The notes under the pieces are model-generated. The model did no database searches, had not been told where the DNA came from, and saw only the letters and a list, made by a program, of their open reading frames with translations. From Cetorhinus maximus (lineage: Eukaryota), in the NCBI RefSeq assembly GCF_964194155.1, contig NC_135884.1, positions 24,862,001 to 24,926,000 of the forward strand: a stretch of 64,000 nt of DNA, in the 5' to 3' direction. The position numbers were made by a program, and so were the translations under genes. This document shows, piece by piece, positions 60,001 through 64,000 of this stretch. Every line of letters starts with the position of its first letter. The first letter of the stretch is position 1.

Positions 60001-63000
60001 GACCGTGGATTTTATGATGTGTGACATAGCTTAGACTTTCATTTCCTTGATAGATTTGGTCTGTTTGCGCAAAGATTTGCTTTGTGACTTTGAGTTTCTG
60101 CTCTACATCGTGTATATGTTGGAAATTGTTCAAAGATATTTTTCACATTTGTGCTGCTTAAATTAATCAGCAGGTATCTTGCTGGTATTTAAGTGGTGTC
60201 ACAAAACTTAGATACGCTTCATGACAATACAGAAAACACCATGTAAGTTATCTTTCTGCTGTTCTTAAATACACAAACAAATTCAACAATGGACAGACTG
60301 GTAAGAGTAAATTATTTTTTGATCAAAGCCAATATTCATATGTTGTTTACTGATATGTATCGCATTCCATACTTTGGTAATGTCAGACGTTTTTTGTAAA
60401 ACTGGCACAGTTGAGTCCAGGGATAAATAAGACTTGAGTTCTGGTGCATGACAAATGTTTTGTTCTCATCCTGGTCACTAGGTGGCAATCTAGCTAAACA
60501 CAATATCACTTGTCAAATGGAGCTAGGAAAAGAAATTCAGTAGTGTCAAAAATCCAAAGTGATCTTGCTTCTCCAAGCTCCTGAATTTCTGTTGAAAGGT
60601 GGATATAAGGATGCATGCATTGACGAGACTAAATCAGAAAACACAAGTTTAGAATAAAATATGCAAGATAGTTTTTGAAACCAGTATAGTACTTGTTCGA
60701 TTGCGTACCCAATTTTTCAACAGTGAAGATGGAACCAAAAATTGAAATCTTGTGTGTTTTTATTCCCACTAATTTTCTCTCCTGCCCCATGAAGGCATTG
60801 ACTGTTTTAACCAATAAACAACTTAGTGATTTACAGAACTGTTGTGAATACAGCCAAGGGAATTTAAAAGTTGAATGCCTCTATCCTATGACTGTCTGTA
60901 AATAGATCTACAAAAGGTCATTTATAACTTATGGGGAAATACAAAGAGTCTATGATGTAAATTCAAACAAAGGCTGCTATAGCTATTGCTATTTTTTTCC
61001 CAAAAGGATAAATTTAATTTTTAATCTCAATTTGTAGTGTATGATTAGGCTTTAATATGTGAGCCTACAGATGGGGTATACAAGTATCCATTTGCTCCAG
61101 TTTTCTGTTTTGAGTCCAGTAAAAGAAGTAGTCTTGAGATGAATGAATTACCTTATATGGTGTGTGAACTGTATTCCTGAAAAGGTTCTATAAATTAACT
61201 TGAATGTGTCTTTATAATAATGCATGTAGCAAAAATCATTCGTTTCAGAATTTGGCATAATGTAGAGGCTGGCGACAGATTTTGGACACCAACTTGTATT
61301 TTAATGAGCACGTAAATTTTGAAAATATAGTAAAATGGGTATTCTGTTCTTAACCATCTCAAATTATGGGGCTGTTTTTCTGTCAGATGGTAATATGAAG
61401 TATGGTGAAAAAATATCAATTTTACAAGTCATTTTTCAACTTTTGAGTCTAGGATATGGACCAGTGGTGTCCATGTTTCTTTAACCACTGATGATTTGCA
61501 ATAGTTATGAAATGCTACCTTAGTTAATAAGAGGCTGGGAGGAAATGCTTATGTGTTCGTATTATATGTTTTTATCCTTGGCGCGCGCGCACACACACAC
61601 CTTATCTCTGCTCACACCACATGTTCTAAGAATACAACAGCCCTTTGGGTGAAATAGCAGCTGCTATTTTTTAAAAAAAGCATTTGGCTTTCAATATCAA
61701 TAACTTGAGGCAAGTTTACTGGTCACAGCTTTCAGAGTCATCAGCTTTTTAGCTGCTGTTCCTGCTATCATTTTGTGGCAAGTATGTTGGTCCAACTCTT
61801 CCAAATCCTTCTGTATTCCAATACCCAAATGCCTCAAATACGCAACGCAACTATATTTACTATAACTGGTACTTCATGTTATGCCACCTAGTGCAGCTGA
61901 AGGGGAAGAAAAAAATTAATTTATCATGTAGTGGCATTATGGTAATGTTTCTATCAAAAAAGTAGATAGTTAATGAATTGTACTTAGATTCAGCTCTTGT
62001 GGTTGAGTGAACATCAGATAGAACAAGAAATACAAAATGATTACAATGGTGGAATAATTGCTGATTATACCATGTATAGAGCATTGTAAATGTCTAGTCT
62101 AGAACTTCAAACTGTAGCTAGAATGTGAAGCAAAGTTACAAAATGTACTTTGGTTTTATCCACTTGATTACCAAATACAGCAAGAATTGTGAATTAAATA
62201 TATATTCCTCTTTTCTATTTTTTCTATCGTCACTTAACAGTAAGAAGGCTTGTAAATACTTTGACAAGGGGAAAGGGTCCTGTCCATTTGGTGGAAAGTG
62301 CCTTTACCTTCACGCTTACCCTGATGGAACGATGGCAGAGCCTGAGCAGCCAAGAAAACAGCTCAGTTCGGAAGGCAATGTGAGGGTAAATAATCCAAGT
62401 TATAGACATTTCACTGCAGGATGTTGTTTTGATGAACTTTTTCAGTATTCCTCCTAGGGCTTTGGAAAAGCACCAACTGGTGAACCATTATCAGGGTCTC
62501 AAGGTGCGACTGCATTAACTTGGTGAGAGTGAACATGGAGATACTGAGTTGAGCACACTGACAGTGCAAGTTTTGGATGTACTTATTTAACATTCAGTTA
62601 AATTTGACTGTTGCAAATGGTCACCTGTAGATAGGTAGCCCACCGACCCACAGAAACAAGAAGTGTGTCGACGACTTAATGTTAATTTTGCACTGACTTA
62701 AAGCCTCAGATTACACAGTGGCCCAGGTTTGTAGCTTTGCCTATTCTTAAGATTTAATAATCAAGCTATCCTGAAGGCTTGTTATATTTGCCCACAATTA
62801 GTATTGGCTGATTTTGGCCCTCTTTGAATTTGTGAAAGTAGCAGACTTTTTTTAACCTTAATTGTTACTTTGAGAACAAATTATACCAATACACTCAAGT
62901 AGCTACTGAGCTGTGCATTGCTACTGGCACTTCAGTTAGGTTGATGATACCACCAAGTACTATGTAATTATGTGAATTTATACCCTGGGGAGGGAAAAAC

Positions 63001-63250
63001 TGAACATTATCTGCATAATAAATAAAAGTTCATAACTTAAACTGTGTTTTGTTCTTTTAACCTGCAGTTCCTTCACTCGGTGCGATTGTGGGACTTTATT
63101 GAAGAGCGGGAGCACAGGGATGTTCCCCAGCATACAAACGAAGATGAAGTGGCAGAGCTTGGAGATCTGTTCATGCATCTTTCAGGAGCAGATGAGCGCA
63201 ATGCATCTAGTGAGAGTCAAGCTGACCAGCCTGTTTCTGTAGTGTTATAA
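47342..63250 (+). CDS. MKRN2: Makorin-2, C3H zinc-finger / C3HC4 RING E3 ubiquitin ligase (whole spliced CDS, 8 exons, ~442 aa)
   Basis: join(47342-47367,49460-49588,52548-52726,54899-55239,56952-57166,58922-59032,62241-62385,63068-63250), 1329 nt. [15 protein letters not shown]3H fingers, makorin CH motif, [21 protein letters not shown] and C-terminal C3H. An in-frame ATG at 47339 could add one Met. Confidence 0.96.
48520..48940 (-). mobile_element. CR1 3' tail fragment
   Basis: acagaaacaggacatttggcccaaccagtcc..ttctgcattcttgccactct..aattctt, the reverse of the CR1 tail. Confidence 0.55.
49460..49588 (+). CDS. MKRN2: MKRN2 exon 2 (C3H fingers 1-2)
   Basis: tttag|[45 protein letters not shown]|GTAGGG. 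Confidence 0.96.
49858..50285 (-). mobile_element. LINE 3' tail (second family) with Penelope-like insert at ~50028-50160
   Basis: Reverse of the 51570-51800 tail; the insert is flanked by the duplicated ggattttga. Confidence 0.7.
50550..51805 (+). mobile_element. Non-LTR retrotransposon (CR1/L2 group) RT relic with poly(A) end
   Basis: [45 protein letters not shown]; [25 protein letters not shown]; ends gaataaaaaaaaa. Confidence 0.9.
52548..52726 (+). CDS. MKRN2: MKRN2 exon 3
   Basis: ataag|[11 protein letters not shown]...[11 protein letters not shown]|GTGAGT. Confidence 0.92.
54899..55239 (+). CDS. MKRN2: MKRN2 exon 4 (C3H finger 3 + CH motif), ending at a GC donor
   Basis: ctttag|(D)[60 protein letters not shown]|GCAAGT. 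Confidence 0.9.
55795..56520. mobile_element. Two Deu-domain-like SINEs in inverted (head-to-head, nested) orientation
   Basis: Minus copy ~55795-56105 (remainder ~56475-56520) and plus copy ~56107-56472 (ctctctggtgtcctggccaatatttatccctc..cagattatctg). Confidence 0.7.
56952..57166 (+). CDS. MKRN2: MKRN2 exon 5 (RING N-part)
   Basis: attcag|[67 protein letters not shown]|GTGAGT. Confidence 0.96.
58922..59032 (+). CDS. MKRN2: MKRN2 exon 6 (RING end)
   Basis: ttttag|[39 protein letters not shown]|GTGAGT. Confidence 0.96.
59565..59892 (+). mobile_element. tRNA-derived SINE whose 3' tail matches the second LINE family
   Basis: A-box-like tggcggcgtagttg, B-box gggttcaaatctc, tail agttcaagggcaattaggggtgggca..catcccatgaaagaat. 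Confidence 0.7.
60472..60489 (+). promoter_or_regulatory. CTCF-like motif in MKRN2 intron 6
   Basis: TGGTCACTAGGTGGCAAT, close to the CCASYAGRKGGCR consensus; motif match only. Confidence 0.35.
62241..62385 (+). CDS. MKRN2: MKRN2 exon 7 (C3H finger 4)
   Basis: taacag|[40 protein letters not shown]|GTAAAT. Confidence 0.96.
63068..63250 (+). CDS. MKRN2: MKRN2 last coding exon
   Basis: ctgcag|[33 protein letters not shown]. Confidence 0.94.
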   Translation, partial: FLHSVRLWDFIEEREHRDVPQHTNEDEVAELGDLFMHLSGADERNASSESQADQPVSVVL

Positions 63251-64000
63251 GATGCTATAAACTAAATCACAGCTTACTTCTGCTGAAACACAACTGATTC
63301 ACCTAGATGTGGAAGCTTGGTTCAAAATTATGTTTGAACTAGAACTGCTATATAATGGGAACAAATGGTACAATGAAACTGTGGTTGAATCAGGACCGTA
63401 TTTTGCAGAGTTCACTATATTTAACTATTTGATTTATTTAAGAATTCCAAAGTTTTTTTTTTAAATCACTACAGAGCGCACTACTCAGTATACAGTTCAC
63501 AGCCCCTTTTCTGGTGTTAGAGATTTTCTTCTAGCTGTAATTTTAAAAGGAAAAGCTGTAGTTAACTGCCCGGCTGGAGTATACATTAGTAGCAAAGCAT
63601 TTGTAGCTTGAATCCACAATTGAAGTTGCAGAATATATTCATTTCAGAATAAGACCCCTCTCTTTTCACTCATTTCCTAGGTTGGTGGGCTGTGTGTTAG
63701 TGCTTCGCTGAACTGGTCCCAGGAGACACTAGCATAGTCTGGGTTTGATTCATTTTGTTTTTCTCCCCTCCGATGAAGTACCTGACTTCTGCATCCCAGA
63801 TGGTGCCTGGTAACAGTGCAGGAGTTAACCCATTTCTCAAAGTTTTTATTTTCCTCTCATCAACAGAGCAGATGGGTAAACTGCTGTCAGCCCACAGTAT
63901 TTTGCCATTCTTCAACCAGCTACCAGCAATTGCTCGTGGGCAACTCTAAGTGACTTAATCACATGTTGCCCCCTCTCTCTGGCTGACTGAAATGATCTGA

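Noticed and set aside
63690-64000. ORFs at the window end as RAF1 exons
   Set aside because: No kinase or RAF1 C-terminal motifs; probably UTR or an old repeat.

Overview
This is eukaryotic, intron-rich vertebrate DNA, most likely from a cartilaginous fish, judging by its CR1/L2 LINEs, Deu-domain SINEs and Penelope-like repeats. It holds three complete spliced genes in the same order as the human TSEN2-MKRN2OS-MKRN2(-RAF1) block. TSEN2 (+) has 11 coding exons (1971-28461, ~467 aa), MKRN2OS (-) has 4 coding exons (40517-34592, 219 aa) and MKRN2 (+) has 8 coding exons (47342-63250, ~442 aa). All exon boundaries were read from the sequence and keep frame; MKRN2 intron 4 most likely uses a GC donor. 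TSEN2 intron 8 contains nested mobile elements: a minus-strand Ty3/Gypsy element, inside it a plus-strand Gmr1-like Gypsy (integrase before RT), and inside that element's 5' LTR a Harbinger-type MITE and a solo LTR. The most interesting observations are: (1) MKRN2OS carries a His...YxxxxHNC motif pair matching DeSI/PPPDE isopeptidases and lies head-to-head with the RING E3 ligase MKRN2, a possible writer/eraser pair; (2) Penelope-like repeats carry minimal hammerhead-ribozyme relics; (3) a TA-flanked MITE carries a cluster of housekeeping-promoter motifs; (4) a copy of the TSEN2 exon 3 splice acceptor is stranded in intron 1. Repeat boundaries and family names are by eye and approximate.
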